Assembly: GCA_051294375.1 (NCBI GenBank)
Contig: CM119268.1
Coordinates: forward strand, 4,794,278 to 4,858,277
DNA length: 64,000 nucleotides
Direction: 5' to 3'
Origin: Paraspadella gotoi
Lineage: Eukaryota; Animalia; Chaetognatha
Shown: in pieces, positions 22,239 to 35,451 of the stretch
Numbering within the stretch: position 1 is the first letter of the stretch
Layout: each line of letters starts with the position of its first letter
The notes under the pieces: model-generated
Database searches by the model: none
Told to the model about the DNA's origin: nothing
What the model saw: the letters and a program-made list of their open reading frames with translations, nothing else
Made by a program: the position numbers and the translations under genes

Positions 22239-22699
22239 TGCTTGATTATCTTGTTGAGCACTGGGAATTGGAACACATGAAAAGATAAAGGTATGCAAAA
22301 CGTAGAATTTTAATAAACATATGTAAAACGTAAAATTTTGAATAAACATGCTTCTGGAAACAAAAATTATTTTCTCCGTTTAAAAATTGTAATAATTATG
22401 ATTAAAAAATAACTATGTACATTTTAAGCGCAGGACGTGTCAAGCAGAACAGCTTACGTTTTGCCAGATATTATGTCTAATAATTGTTTTGTTTCATGGA
22501 CCCTGATCGAAGATGATGTGTTAGCAAAGTATGACCATTTTCATGTCTAAAAGTCCTTAACAATTTTGTAAAATACTGACATGTAAAATGTTGTATTTCA
22601 ATGCCAAAAATTCGATTGATAAAAAATAAATGAGATAATAAAATGAAAATGGCAAGAGCATCCTTATTGAAATTACAGCGTAAAAATTAATTTAAAAAG

Positions 22700-23495
22700 G
22701 AACAAGTTTGAGCAAACAATGTCAGATCTGCCCACGATTATTAGCGGTAATTAATTAATTAATTAATTAATTAATACAAACTATATATACTAAATAATTT
22801 AATTAATAAATTAATTATTTTGATCCAAAATGTTTTTTTTAAGGTTTTTTCGTCACTGACCATGACAAAAGCAACGACGACGATGATGGCGATGACTACA
22901 ATAATGCCGATAACGATTGACTTGATTGACTGATTAATTTATTAAATAATTAATTCATTTATAAATAAATTGATTGAATAATTAATTAATAGATAACTAA
23001 ATAAATTGTTTGAATATTTAATTGATCGATTAATTGACCAATTAATTAATCAGTTAATTAATTGATTAATTAACTGATTAATTAGTTGATTAATTAATAC
23101 ATCTTGCATTTACATTTAATATAAAAAGAAAAAGAAGCATAATCAATTAGTGAAACAGGTTTTTTGTTTTTTCCATTTAAACTCATTTCCACTCGCACGA
23201 TTCCATCGAAACTTGATTTCCAACTCAATCACACACTTCCCTACCCACACAAAATTTAATCAAAAATCCATCCATCCAATCACGAGTAATTGGAGTTTTT
23301 TGCTAGGGTGGGACGGACGGACAGACAGACATACAGACGGACGGACATTGTTTTTTTGTTTTTTTTTGCATAATTTATTATAATTCGATATTCTGACATG
23401 ATATATGTGAATGCCCGACAAGATTGAGGGGGCGGACTGATGGACCGACAAAGTGAATTATAGAGTCGGGATCTGCTGAAAGCAGATCCGACTAA
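22700..23495 (-). mobile_element. Helentron/DINE-1-like non-autonomous element
   Basis: On the minus strand: T-run, AGTCGG...CCGACT hairpin, CTATA, then a (GTCY)n microsatellite. Homologous in inverted orientation to 24450-25860. Confidence 0.6.
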
Positions 23496-23676
23496 AAAAA
23501 TTTCACTCATCCGTAATGGAAGCGGCTCAAAACGGGGAAAAAAAGGGGAGAGAGGGGGTAGAGATAATCGGAATTACCGTCCCACTTCTCATTTGAATGT
23601 AAACAAGTATTCATCAAATACATAGGGCCATATCGTGAATTTAAGTATTTTTCATTTCGATCTTCGATCTTCGATG

Positions 23677-25752
23677 TCAATCTTTATCTTTCTTCCCTTT
23701 CCTCTTCCTCGCTCCGCTCTTCCCGATCTCCTCCCTCCCTTCCTCGTCCTGAATTGGCGGGACCTTCCGACCGACTACATCCGGTCGACGCTCGACGACA
23801 TCATCCCAACCGGGGGCCGAAGCGGAGGGGGAATCGCCGGAGGGATTGCCCGAAAAAGGGCCGGATGGAGTGGCCGAGAAAGGGCCGGTGGGAGTGGCCG
23901 AGAAAGGGCCGGTGGGAGTGGCCGAGAAAGGGCCGAAACCATTTGAGCAAGAAGCGAAGGAAGTGCCGTTTGAATCAGGCAAAGAAAGGCTGCCGGGAGA
24001 CGCCATGGATTTGCCGGTTGGATCGGTCGAGGAACATTTGTAATTTTGCTCATCGTTTTTAGATTCGTGTTGCTTTGCCGAATCATAAAAGACAGAATCG
24101 GACGTCGACTTTCGAATGTTTTCGATCTTCGATCCAGAACGAGGCAGTGGTTTGACGACCGACGCATCCGCGCCGCCAGTAGCGCCCCGAGAGGCTCGTC
24201 CAGAGGCGCCCGGGGTCCGCGGGGAATCAAGATCGACGGAAGAGGATGTGGAGACCCCGGAATCGATAAAATCGGCGTCGCCGGCGTCGGTTCCTTGGAG
24301 TCCGGCGTCGTTTCCGATGATGTCAGCTTGAAAAAAAAAAATTTCTCTAAAAATATTTGAGTAATATTTCTTTAATCTTTCATTAAAAGCGTTGTGTTTA
24401 TTTAATCTAATTTAATGGGTTCTTTTTGTCTATTTTTTTTTTTTTTTTTTTAGTCGGATTCGCTTATCAGCAGATTCCGACTCTATAATTCACTTTGTCG
24501 GTTCGTCAGTCCCACCCCTAAATCTTGTTGGTAAATCATTTTTATCACATCAGAACATCATATTATGCTAAATTAAGCAAAAAAACGATGTCCGTCTGTC
24601 TGTCTGTCTGTCCATCCTTCTGTCCGTCCCCCCTTAGCAAATAACTCCAATTACTCGGGATTGGATGGTTGGATTGGAATGAAATTTTGTGTGTGGGTAG
24701 GAAAATGCGTGATTGAGTGGGATATAAAGTTTCCATGGAATTGTGCGAATTACTCAAATTAATTATAATTGGATAGATAGATTGAGATTAAATTTAGTGT
24801 GTGGGTAGGAAAGTATGTGATGAAGCTGGATATAAAGTTTAGATGGAATCGTGCAAGTGAAAATTAGATTAAATGGAAAAAACATAAGTCATTTTTATTT
24901 GAATCTTTTTAATAAGTTTAATCCATAATTAATCGATTTATTCATAATTAGATGGATAGAATGAGATAAAATTTTGTGTGTGGGTAAGAAAGTGTGTGAT
25001 TGAGCAGGATATAAAGTTTCGTTGGAATGAAGGAGTGGAAATGAGTTTGTATGGAAAAAACTAAAGTCAAGTCGACTTGATTTTTTATTATTGATGCTTA
25101 CTCATGAATGTTTAATTAATTAATTAAGTCAAAAAATGATGCAATTTGAAAAAATGATGCAAGTTAAAAAAATATGCATATTGAAAAAATGATGTGAATT
25201 GAAAGATTGTTGCAAGCAGAAAGAATGATGCAAGTTAAAAGAATGATGCAAGTTAAAAGAATGATGCAAGTTAAAAGAATGATGCAAGTGGAAAAAATGA
25301 TCCAAGTTGAAAGAATGATGCAAGTTAAAAGAATGATGCAATTTGAAAAAATGATGCAAGTTGATAAAATGATGCAGGTTGAAAAAAATGATGCAAGTTG
25401 AAAAAAGATGCAAGTTAAAAAAATTATGCGAGTTGAAAAAATGATAAAAATTTGAAAAATAATGCAAGTTAAAAAAATGATGCTAGTTAAAAAAATTCTG
25501 CATGTTAAAAAAATGATGCAAGTTGAAAAAATGATGCAAGTTGAAAAAATGATGCAAGTTGAAAAATGATGCAAGTTGAAAAATGATGCAAGTTGAAAAA
25601 ATGATGCAAGTTTTAAAAAATGATGCAAGTTGAAAAAATGATGCAAGTTGAAAAAATGATGCAAGTTGAAAAAAATGGTGCAAGTTGAAAAAATGATACA
25701 AGTGGAAAAAATTATTTGTACTTTATTTGTAATTATTTTTACTTTAGTATTT

Positions 25753-25797
<45 letters not shown>

Positions 25798-26502
25798 TCT
25801 GATTACCGCTTAATTATCGTGGGCAGATCCGACATTGTTTGCTCAAACTTGTTTTATCATACATGAATTTAAGTGTATTGAATTACTTGGACCAATTTCA
25901 TAAAATAACAAAAAATTTAAAAATTAAAAAAACATGCAATTTATTTTATTTCACCTGCAGCAGTTGCCGTAGATGCTGATCCCAACGTCTCTACCGCCGC
26001 CTCGCCCGCTGCGGAAGATCCGGCAGCAGCCTCGATTCCGAGCCGTGACGCCTTAACCCTTTGAATAATATCCTCCAACATCATTTTTCGTAGAGGATCG
26101 TCGTTGAGCGCCCTCAATCGAGCCAGCTCCATCCCTTGTTTGAAGATGATGAACCCGAAAAGGCCGAGGAACCCGAACCAAACGAAATTGTTCAGTAGCT
26201 GCTGTTGGTTCAATTCGGCCAGTCGCTGCAAGGATCGATCCTTCTCGTTGGCTTCAGCGGTCAACAAGCGTTTCCACTCCGCCTTGTCGACGGCCACTTG
26301 ATCCGGCTTCACCGCGCGAGCCTTGGCGTCTTCCAGATCATCCTGCAAATGAAATATGTTTATGAATTAATCGTACGTTTATTTGAGGTTGACTGAGACA
26401 TAGAGATAACGTTGTATTGAGAGTGGATCTTATAAATGCGATAAGAGTTACTATGTTGATTGGATAGTTGATTGATTATAGATACATTAAATTATTTCAC
26501 CA

Positions 26503-26578
<76 letters not shown>

Positions 26579-26772
26579 ACCCTCAAAGCATTCTTCTCCT
26601 CCAAGGCTTGGCTCAAACTAAGTTTGCATGTCGAGAGCGTAGTGTCTAGATTGTCGACGCGAGATTCCAACATCGCGTTGCGCCTCCTTGAATTATCCAC
26701 ATCCCCATTGCACCCCAAGGTCGTTGCAGCCTGCAGCAACAGGAGGAACAAAACCGCCGGGCTCGGCGTCAT
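23677..26772 (-). CDS. Type I membrane coiled-coil protein, paralogue A (~409 aa)
   Basis: Exons 26772-26581, 26342-25955, 24326-23677 (1230 nt, in frame). Signal peptide MTPSPAVLFLLLLQAATTLG, coiled coil, TM FVWFGFLGLFGFIIF, and a Ser/Gly/Asp-rich tail with GPFSATPT repeats ending RKRKGKKDKD. Confidence 0.78.
24450..25860 (+). mobile_element. Helentron/DINE-1-like element with internal tandem expansions
   Basis: ttttttagtcggattcgc...ttccgactctataattcactttgtcgg, then (GTCT)n, three ~150-bp internal repeats (tgtgtgggtaggaaa), an 18-19-bp array, and an end matching 22700-22750 in reverse. Confidence 0.62.
25131..25710. repeat. 18-19 bp minisatellite (aaaaaatgatgcaagttg), ~30 copies
   Basis: Directly visible tandem array. 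It explains the spurious HHF-repeat ORFs. Confidence 0.95.
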
Positions 26773-26970
26773 ATTCAAGATTGCTCACAGAAGTAAAAAT
26801 AGCAACAAGTCTTTTTACTTAAAATCCAACATATCATTGGATCCTGAATGAAAAAAAAAAACTTACAGCAAAGTTAAATACGTAAATACGCAAATGTTAT
26901 AAAAAGTAGCGAAGGTCAAACATCCTCAATTTATTTTTCATCTTGCGTCGTCTGTCTGTCTGTCTTTCTG

Positions 26971-27029
<59 letters not shown>

Positions 27030-27337
27030 ATCTCTACTTCAGTTTTCTCTTTCTCTAACTGCTGCTCTCCTTTTCCCCATTTTTCATATCATCTTTGCCT
27101 TTTTTCAAATGGAGCTTCAAAAACGCCCAATTCAGACGATAAAAACTTTTCTAATTCTAAACATTTTTTTTTCTTTGACAGACACAGACAACAAACCGCC
27201 TTGGAGTTATCGTCTCGACGCAATGGAAAAAATAAAAAGAAAATACCTAAAATTAAACAATAAGGATATAATAATTAATGGAACCATTGTACTCAGGCCG
27301 CGAGAGATAAAATCAGAGCGTCACTCTCATCAAAGAT

Positions 27338-30300
27338 TCAAGTTTGGGAATTTTCAAGAGACTCATCGCGAACGAAGGATTCACCAGGTGCCGCCTCTCC
27401 CGTCCGTTTGTCTGTTGCGTCGGCTGCAGATTTAACAGCGTCGCCTCCTGCAGCAGAATCCGCGGAGTCCATCGCAGGTGAATCAGCAGCGGCGCCTTTT
27501 GCGGCGTCTCCTGCAGCAGAATCCGCGGGGTCGGTATTGACGTTAATCCGGTAAGACGAGAGGAAGAAGAAGACGAGGAGAGACAGAATCGATATGAGAA
27601 CGTAGACGAAGTATGGGAGGGAGAAGATACATCCGGTGAGAGCCTGGAGGGCGAGGGAAGAAAGAAGTGTATCAATTGTTAAATAAAGTCTTTAAGACGG
27701 AGTTAATTAACTTCATTTAGTTTTATTACATGCCCAATATTAAATACTTAATTCCATATCTAAATAACATATTTAACATAAACCATATCTAATCATGTGT
27801 AATTATTTATAACATATTTTAACTTAGTTTAAACTAAAGTTAAACTCAGTTACAGTGCAAACAATTTTTTTTTTCAATCTAACATCATTACATTTTTTTT
27901 TTTTGCATCCATAAAGCAAGGTACTAATTACTGCGATCGCTCAGTGTCACACAAGTTCGAACCGAGACATGCTCGCGTGTCAGGAAGCGTGCGGTCAATT
28001 TCAATATCAAATCAAAACTGCTCAATTCTCGTGAACGGTGATCATGTGAGGGTTCCTGGACACATCCCCCTCCCAACTCTAGCTTTGCCAGAGACCGTAC
28101 AGTGTTGTACTGTACTGTATTGTACTGTATTGATTTAATATCACGTGATAAGCCCAATCTTTTAGTCTTTTAAAAACATTTCTTCGACTCTGATGACGCT
28201 GTTGGCGCGCCCTTACCTCTCTTCTCTCGCCAAGCGTCTCCAAGGCCGCATAAACTCTCCGACACGCCTCCTCGCTCTTTTTCGACGCCACCGTCAACTC
28301 CCCCGACAACGCCTCTTCGAAATCTTGGTCGCGCATCGTGGAGATCGCGAGTCTCAGCGACGAAATCTCCGCGGCTAAATCGACGTGGCTGCAAGGCGAA
28401 TCGTCGATCTTCGTCGTTGTTCGTCGCGCGTCTTCGTCGATCTTTTCCTTCAACTCTGAATTTCGTTTCTCTAAATCCGCGCGCGATTTCTTCTCTCTTC
28501 TTAAACTCGCCTTCAATTCGATCTGTTTCTTCACCGCCTCGACTCCTACTCTCGCTGTCTCGCTCTCCATCTCTTTCTGTCTTCTCTCCATCTCGCTCTC
28601 CATCTTTTTCTTTTCCTTCTCCATCTCGCACTCCATCTCTGTCTTCATTCTCTTACTCTCAATCGCGGTCTCTGCCCTCAGTCGTTCTGCCTCGTTATGC
28701 TATATGGATGCAAAAAAAAAAAAATTATGGTTTCGATGAAAAAGAGAGTAAATAAATTTGTCAAACTACAACAACATACATAAATTGTACATTCGCAAAC
28801 TGGAACCTTCCAGAAAATACCATAAGTAATTTGGATTGGGAAGGTGCTTGTGCATAGTGGCGAGGGTTATTCTTTACAGTTACTGATTCTAAGCAAGTCA
28901 AATAAAAACAATTTCTGACCAAAATCCCAGTCAGCGACAGTAATTTTTTTTAAATTAAATTTTTTTTTAAACCCCATTTTTGTTCCTTAATCCATGAACT
29001 TAACTTAACCCATAAACTAATCCCAAACACTAATCCATAATCCCTTACCCAATACTTGACCCTAACCCAAATCCCTAACTCGAACCCCTATTAATAACCA
29101 ACCGAATCTCTAACCCAAATCATTAATCTCTAATCGCGAAAATGAGGCGTTTTGCGAAAATAAGGCCAAAATTTTTGCCAATTATAAATATAAAAATAAA
29201 CATAAGAAAAGCATGCGAAAGCCGCCCCGCCGCCCCCTCCCCTCAACCTCACCGCAGCATCGACCTTCCCTCGAAGCATCTTCACTTCTTCCTTCAATTC
29301 TTTCGTCGTCACGACTTCCATCTCCACGCGAAACTTCAACTCGTCAACTTTACTTTTCAACTCTTCGTTTTCTCTTCTCAACTCTTCTCGTTCCGAACGA
29401 AAGTGTCGACGCCATTTCGACTCAGCCTGGCGAAAAAGTTGAGGAGGGGGGGGCGGGAGAATTGGAAAGGGGTGGGCGGGGAATGGAAGGGGGGATGGCT
29501 TTAAATGGTCGCTGAATAGCGTGGTAGTTTTACGGATGAGCATTGAGCAATAAGGCGTAGTAAAATTTCTAAATTTAACTTTAATTAAAATTCTAAAAGT
29601 GAGGAACGAACAAAATTATACTAATGAACATTTATGTAATAAAAAAATTTATAATAAATTTTATAATGTACGAAGTAGGCTATATTTATACTAGTACTAA
29701 TCCAATAAAAGTTAAAATTTCAAAAAAGTTTTTTCAAAGATTTTTTTGCAGATTTGGATTCGTCATAAAAAGTTGATAAAAAGAAATATAACTCTTTTTG
29801 AAAAATTCCTTCATTAAGTTGGTCAAAAATTAGAAAAAGCTATATTTTAAGCTGAAAATTAATTTTTTATATATTAAATATAGTTTTTTTTTATTTTTAA
29901 CCCACTTAATGAAATAATTTTTAAAAAAGATTTATATTTTCTTTTATCAACTTTTGACGAGGACTTCAAATCTGCAATCAAAATTAAGAAAAGCTTATTT
30001 TGAAATTTTTCGATTTTATAAGGATAGTACTAATTTTAGTACTATATATAAATATAGCCTAATGCGAAAATTAAAAAACATAAAATTAATTACAAATTAA
30101 TGTTCACTGATGGTATGTTGTTCATAATTGACTTTTATAATTTCCGTACGTAACTTTCACTACGCTCCAATGAGCAACAATCTCCTGGCCACAATCTCGC
30201 CACAAAGCTCGCCCACATTCTACCCCACACCCGCCTCATGTACTCTCCCCTTTCCCTAACAAGCTGGTCGTACTTCCGCCCACAATCTCCCCACGAATCC

Positions 30301-30592
30301 CAGCCACAATTTCTCCCCCACACCTGCGTCATATACTCCTGCCTCTGCGCGACGAGTAGCTCGTTCTCCCGACGACAGTCTTCGCGAAGCGTCTGCTCCA
30401 TGCGGAGATCCGTGAGGCAGAAGGTTGGGTCGTCGGCGGGGTCATCGGAGGAAGAGGAGGGGGAGAAGAAGGAGGAGGAGGAGACGACGACGAGGACGGA
30501 GAAGCTGAGGAGGGAAAGTGGGCGTTGGTTGTTGTTGTTGTCGTTGCTTAAGCGTGTACGGGCACGCCCGATGGTTTTAGACCCCCGATCAT
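27338..30592 (-). CDS. Type I membrane coiled-coil protein, paralogue D (5' end uncertain)
   Basis: Exons ?-30324, 29426-29253, 28699-28217, 27643-27338 all join in phase 0. Hydrophobic PLSLLSFSVLVVVSSS, long E/K/R coiled coil, TM LPYFVYVLISILSLLVFFFL and a DSAAGDAA tail. The nearest upstream ATG (30592) is one base out of frame across a G5 run. Confidence 0.68.
29551..30169. mobile_element. hAT-superfamily MITE, copy 1 (in an intron of paralogue D)
   Basis: Left TIR TAAGGCGTAGTAAAA and degenerate right TIR TTTCACTACGCTCCA. 8-bp TSD TTGAGCAA / ATGAGCAA (7/8). Homologous to 35452-36064. Confidence 0.82.
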
Positions 30593-33300
30593 TTTCGTTA
30601 TTTCGTTGTTTTAATTTTTTTTTTTTCTCGTAGAAAACTTTCGCACTTTCTCTTTCTCTCCCTTTTTGTGTTTCCCTTTCAGTGTCTCTCTTTCTCGCTC
30701 TCGCTCTCTTAATCTTACTTTTAGTGGAACAAATTTAAGGCATTTTTTTAATATAGTTCTATTTCTTTTTATTCGTAAACAAAAAACATTCGTTTTTCAT
30801 GAATTTTCTCTCCTTTTCTACGATTGCAGTTTGCTATCTTTCTCCAAAACTCACCAAAAAAAAGTCGCCCACTTTTTCATTATTCGTTTCACGGTTTTTA
30901 ACTTGACGACGGTTTTGTAAGTTTGTATTTTTTCATCAGTGTATATTTAATTAAATAAAATGGTTCACTTCTGAAAAAAATTTTTCATTCGTTTCCAAAA
31001 AGGGAAATTTTTTTTTTTTCGATTTCGCTGAGTAACGCAACTAAAAATTAAAAATTAATAAAACTAAAAATTAAAAACGAAGTCATTTAAAACTTAAAAT
31101 TGTATCGGAAGAATGATCGTGCGTTTTTTTGTTTGTTTTTCTTTTGCTTTGTTACAGGATTCATTACCATTTTATTAACTACACATGTGTACAAAAAACA
31201 GTAAAACTTGGGTTCATCGAAGCTATGCTAAAATAAAAACAAGTTTGAAATTTTGTCTTACAATTGTTGTTCTTGGAAAAACGGGTTTGTTAAGTTATTT
31301 ATTTATTTTCCCTTTTATTATGGTTTTAAAGTTTTTTCGAAAGCCGGCGGAGATTTGATTGAATAGACGACCGAGATATTAATAGTATGGGCGGATAAAA
31401 GACCCATGCGTGAAAGCTTATTGGGGTCCTTATTTATCAATCTTTAATCAGGCTTAATATTTTAAAAAGTCACGTTGACGTACTTTCTTGACAAAGCCAG
31501 CGTCGGTCATCAATGATTATGTACCTTTTTCGAAAGTGGCCAGGGTTCGACAAACTATTTCTGAATATTATCATGAAAGCTACGGAACAAATTAAACTCG
31601 TATTTCTGGAGCTTTAAGAGCCCAAGAGTGTCGCACCAGTCATGCAGCATACAATTGAACGAATTATTTAGATAAAATCTTGACTTGTGATTAATAATAA
31701 ATATTATTTATTATTATATTATATATATTATTTATTATAAAGATTAATATGTAAAACGATAAAGTAAAAAAACTTTCCCGACCTCTGTCGCCCGCATCTC
31801 ATGTCTGATAAATGTCTCGAAATAATTTAAAAATCCAGTCATGTACTTCATGCAATAACAAAAGAAATTATGAGAATATGTTACAGGATAACGACCTCGG
31901 ATCTGAAAATTAGGGAAACCCCGGTCTTGCTCTGACTGATTTCAAAACCGTTTTAAAACTTTTTTTTTTTCAATTGGATTCGGAGACAATAAATAAAATA
32001 TTTTACGAAAAATTTTGTAATATTGTTTGAGCTGCTATTTCCAATTACTGTTCAGACGAGTTCACACTAGTTTTTTTTTTTTCGCGGATAAATTTAGAAA
32101 TGACTTGTCATATCCTCATGATCGCTTAAGCGATTGCCCTTTGTTTATTAACTACTGTTTCACCAACTTCGTCTGGAGTTCGATGTACAAAAGATCAATG
32201 TTTACAACCATAAGGATTACGCGAAAGATTCAGTTTCGTCGGAATATGTAATAATTATGTATCACTTATTTTTTTAATTTTTTATTTCTGGTTAGGATTC
32301 CTTTCGTTTTTTTTCTCGAAAAGTGTTGAAAAGATCCAAATACAGTCGACAGTTAGAGATAAAAATTTTCGGTTGGAATAAAGAAAAAATAAAGAATAAT
32401 GAAAATAAAAATTTATTTGATATCTGGGAGTTTTTTTTATCAACGTTTATTATTTCGAAAGTAAATTGATTTAAGTTCTGACAACTTATGATTATTCGTG
32501 ATTATTTGTACCGTTGTCTTTTGCGATTAACATCTGTGTTGTAATATTAATAACCGTGATTATTTGTTCACTGTACCTAGAGATCATTTGTAACCGCGAC
32601 CCATGGCCTACCCCGGCCCGTCTTTTTAATTAAATCAAAATCTAAATTACGCAACTTGACGAAAAGTAAGTCATTGTTCGGTAAGTAAAGTAGTGGGGAA
32701 AAGAAGGGGGAGACAGTGGTGAGTCCTGTCAAATGGCCATAGGTCAAGGTTGACCCCTTTACTTTATCCCCAATTCGAAAGATATTTCGCCTCACGTCGC
32801 GCTTTCCCTATTTTTTGGTCAATAATTCTTGCGGCCATTTTTACTCTCGATATCCGCGTGAATTTAAGCGTTGATTTCAGTCAAGCTTCTTATGAAACTT
32901 ACAAAGTGTTTTGCCTGGAGAAACATCGAGTTTCCGAATTAAACGTTTCAAACTTTAATTTATTTCCTTGGCGACTCACATTGAGACATTTCGTTACGAC
33001 AAAACATCAGACGCTCGTCCCCGCTAGCGTTAGAATAAGGCTTTTTTTCACACAAATCGTTTTGTTTCCATTTGTGATTTGTTGATCGCGTTTGTCTTTG
33101 GTTAAAGTCGTCAATTTCGGAAAAAACCAGGAGTCAAAGTTACTATACAAATCCGCCATTTTTCCGGCATAAGATGAGTTGAGTTAGATTTTTTGGGAAA
33201 GTTTTTTGTTCTTTCTTTATGCGTACTCAATCTAGTAGCGATATCTGATTCTGCAGCAGGCATTATGGTACCACAGTCCACACTGTAAATAGTGTCAATT

Positions 33301-33915
33301 CTAATGTCAGGCGCTATCGTCAGGCATTGCTATATTTTTAATGTCAGGCGCTATTTTCAGGCATTTCTATAATTCTAGTATCAGGCGCTATCGTCAGGCA
33401 TTGCTATATTACTTATGTCAGACGCAATCGTCAGGCATTGATATATTTCTAATGTCAGGCGCAATCATTAGGCATTGCTATATTTCTACTGTCAGGCGCT
33501 TTCATCAGGCATTGCAATATTTCTAATGTCAGGCGCAATCGTCAGGCATTGATATAATTCTACTGTCAGGCGCAATCGTAGTCATTGCTATATTTCTACT
33601 GTCAGGCGCTTTCGTCAGGCATTGCAATATTTCTAATGTCAGGCGCAATCGTCAGGCATTGCTATATTTCTACTGTCAGGCACAATCGCAGGCATTGCTA
33701 TATTTATACTGTCAGCCGCTTTCGTCAGGCATTGCTATATTTATACTGTCAGGCGCTTTCGTCAGGCATTGCTATATTTCTACTGTCAGGCGCTTTCGTC
33801 CGGCATTGCAATATTTCTGTCAGGCGCAATGCAATCAAGGCAATCATCAGGCATTGCCATATTTCTAATGTCAGGCGCAATCGTCAGGCATTGCTATATT
33901 TCTACTGTCAGACGA
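33301..33915. repeat. ~37-bp minisatellite (tgtcaggcgcaatcgtcaggcattgctatatttctac), ~16 copies
   Basis: Directly visible tandem array. Confidence 0.95.
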
Positions 33916-34045
33916 TATCATCTAACGATTTAGGCTTCCATCTTTCTTCTCCTTTCGTCTCTTCGAAAAAAAAAACTTTTTCTCCCCGTTTCTGACGCGA
34001 TTTCGGTTAAGTCTATCTATAAATCTTTATCAATTCACGATCATT

Positions 34046-34046
<1 letters not shown>

Positions 34047-34098
<52 letters not shown>

Positions 34099-34263
34099 TG
34101 GTGAAAGAATTTATTGTTTCTAATAACTCAAATCAACCTACCAATCAATTAGTTAACACTATCGCCATTTATAAATCCACTCTCAATACAACGTTATCTC
34201 TATGTCTCAGTTAACCTCAAATAAACGTACGATTAATTCATAAACATATTTTATTTGCAGGAT
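34047..34263 (+). repeat. Inverted duplicate of intron 1 of paralogue A
   Basis: (GA)n-GATGTGGTGAAA...ATCCACTCTCAATACAACGTTATCTCTATGTCTCAG...TTTGCAG|GAT matches the reverse complement of ~26340-26580. Confidence 0.85.
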
Positions 34264-35007
34264 AAAAGATACAGGTGAGCAGGATAGAAGGGCTCAACAA
34301 ACTTAAACAGACATACGAACAGACGTTTAAACAATACTGACAATCGGACAGCCAGAACGGAGAAACGGACAGACAAAGTAAGGCCGCAAAACTTAAGCGC
34401 CACCCGATCGAATTGTCAGTCGCTCAGCTGCTTCTTTCATCAAAAACATTTACTTTGCTTTTCTTTCTTTTCTTTTTTTTTTTGCCGCCAAAAAATTGAG
34501 TTTCTGTCAATTTTCTTTTTTTCTCGTTGAAACACGAAGACGAAGGAAAAGGGAGGAAAGAAAAGGGAAAAGAATAAAAAGAAAAGGAAAAGAAAAAAAA
34601 GAAAAGAAAAGAAATGGGAGAGAAAAAAGAAAAAGGACGATAAAAAAAAAATAGGGGAAAAAAATTAAGTATTTTTGAAAATTGAAGAGTCTTGACAGGA
34701 TTTTCATCAAACTTATTTTTGCAACAAATTTTGTTGAACGAAATTCGTGAAATTATTTTTGGTTCAATCTTAGTTAAGTAATATTTTCTATCAAGGATGA
34801 ATTCTGTTAAAGTATAGAATAGTATAAGTATCATTAAAATCTAACATTACTTTTAAAAAATATACATATACAATTAAACATGTCTGATAACATAAAGTGT
34901 ATTTTTAAAAAAACATTATAGTCTTTACACATCAACAAGTTTTCGAATTCGTTGAAATGAAGGTATAATTTCTTGATGACTACGTAGTTGATGTATATGA
35001 GAGAGAT

Positions 35008-35071
<64 letters not shown>

Positions 35072-35451
35072 CCATTGGGAGAAAAGCAACAGTTTTTGCT
35101 TTTTTTATCCCGCCCCCTTTTACGGAACTCAGAAAATACACGACATCATCTGTCACATTCAAGACGGCCGTAATTTCACGGTCATACGAGTCAATAGGCG
35201 TCAATGATAAACTTCTTTCGCTTTCAACTTTAAATCCTTTACATTTTCTTTCCTTTTTCCTTTCAATTATTCTCCTTTTGTTTACATTTTTAGCGAATCG
35301 CGTACATATTTTTAGAACTTCGCTCGGCTCCTGGCTCTCCCAGGTTCGATTTGCCCCTACTCCCCCCTTTTAACCCCGCCCCTAACCCCTCGAGGCTCAT
35401 CCCCCTCCCTCGACTCACTCCAACCTCCTCGAGGCTCCACCAACCCCCCAG

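Noticed and set aside
21652-22245. 197-aa plus-strand ORF
   Set aside because: Antisense shadow of the 75-bp coding repeat of paralogue B.
33301-33915. CRISPR-like appearance of the ~37-bp repeats (also the arrays at 2152, 25131 and 43320)
   Set aside because: Head-to-tail tandem units with no unique spacers and no cas genes, in a eukaryotic context.
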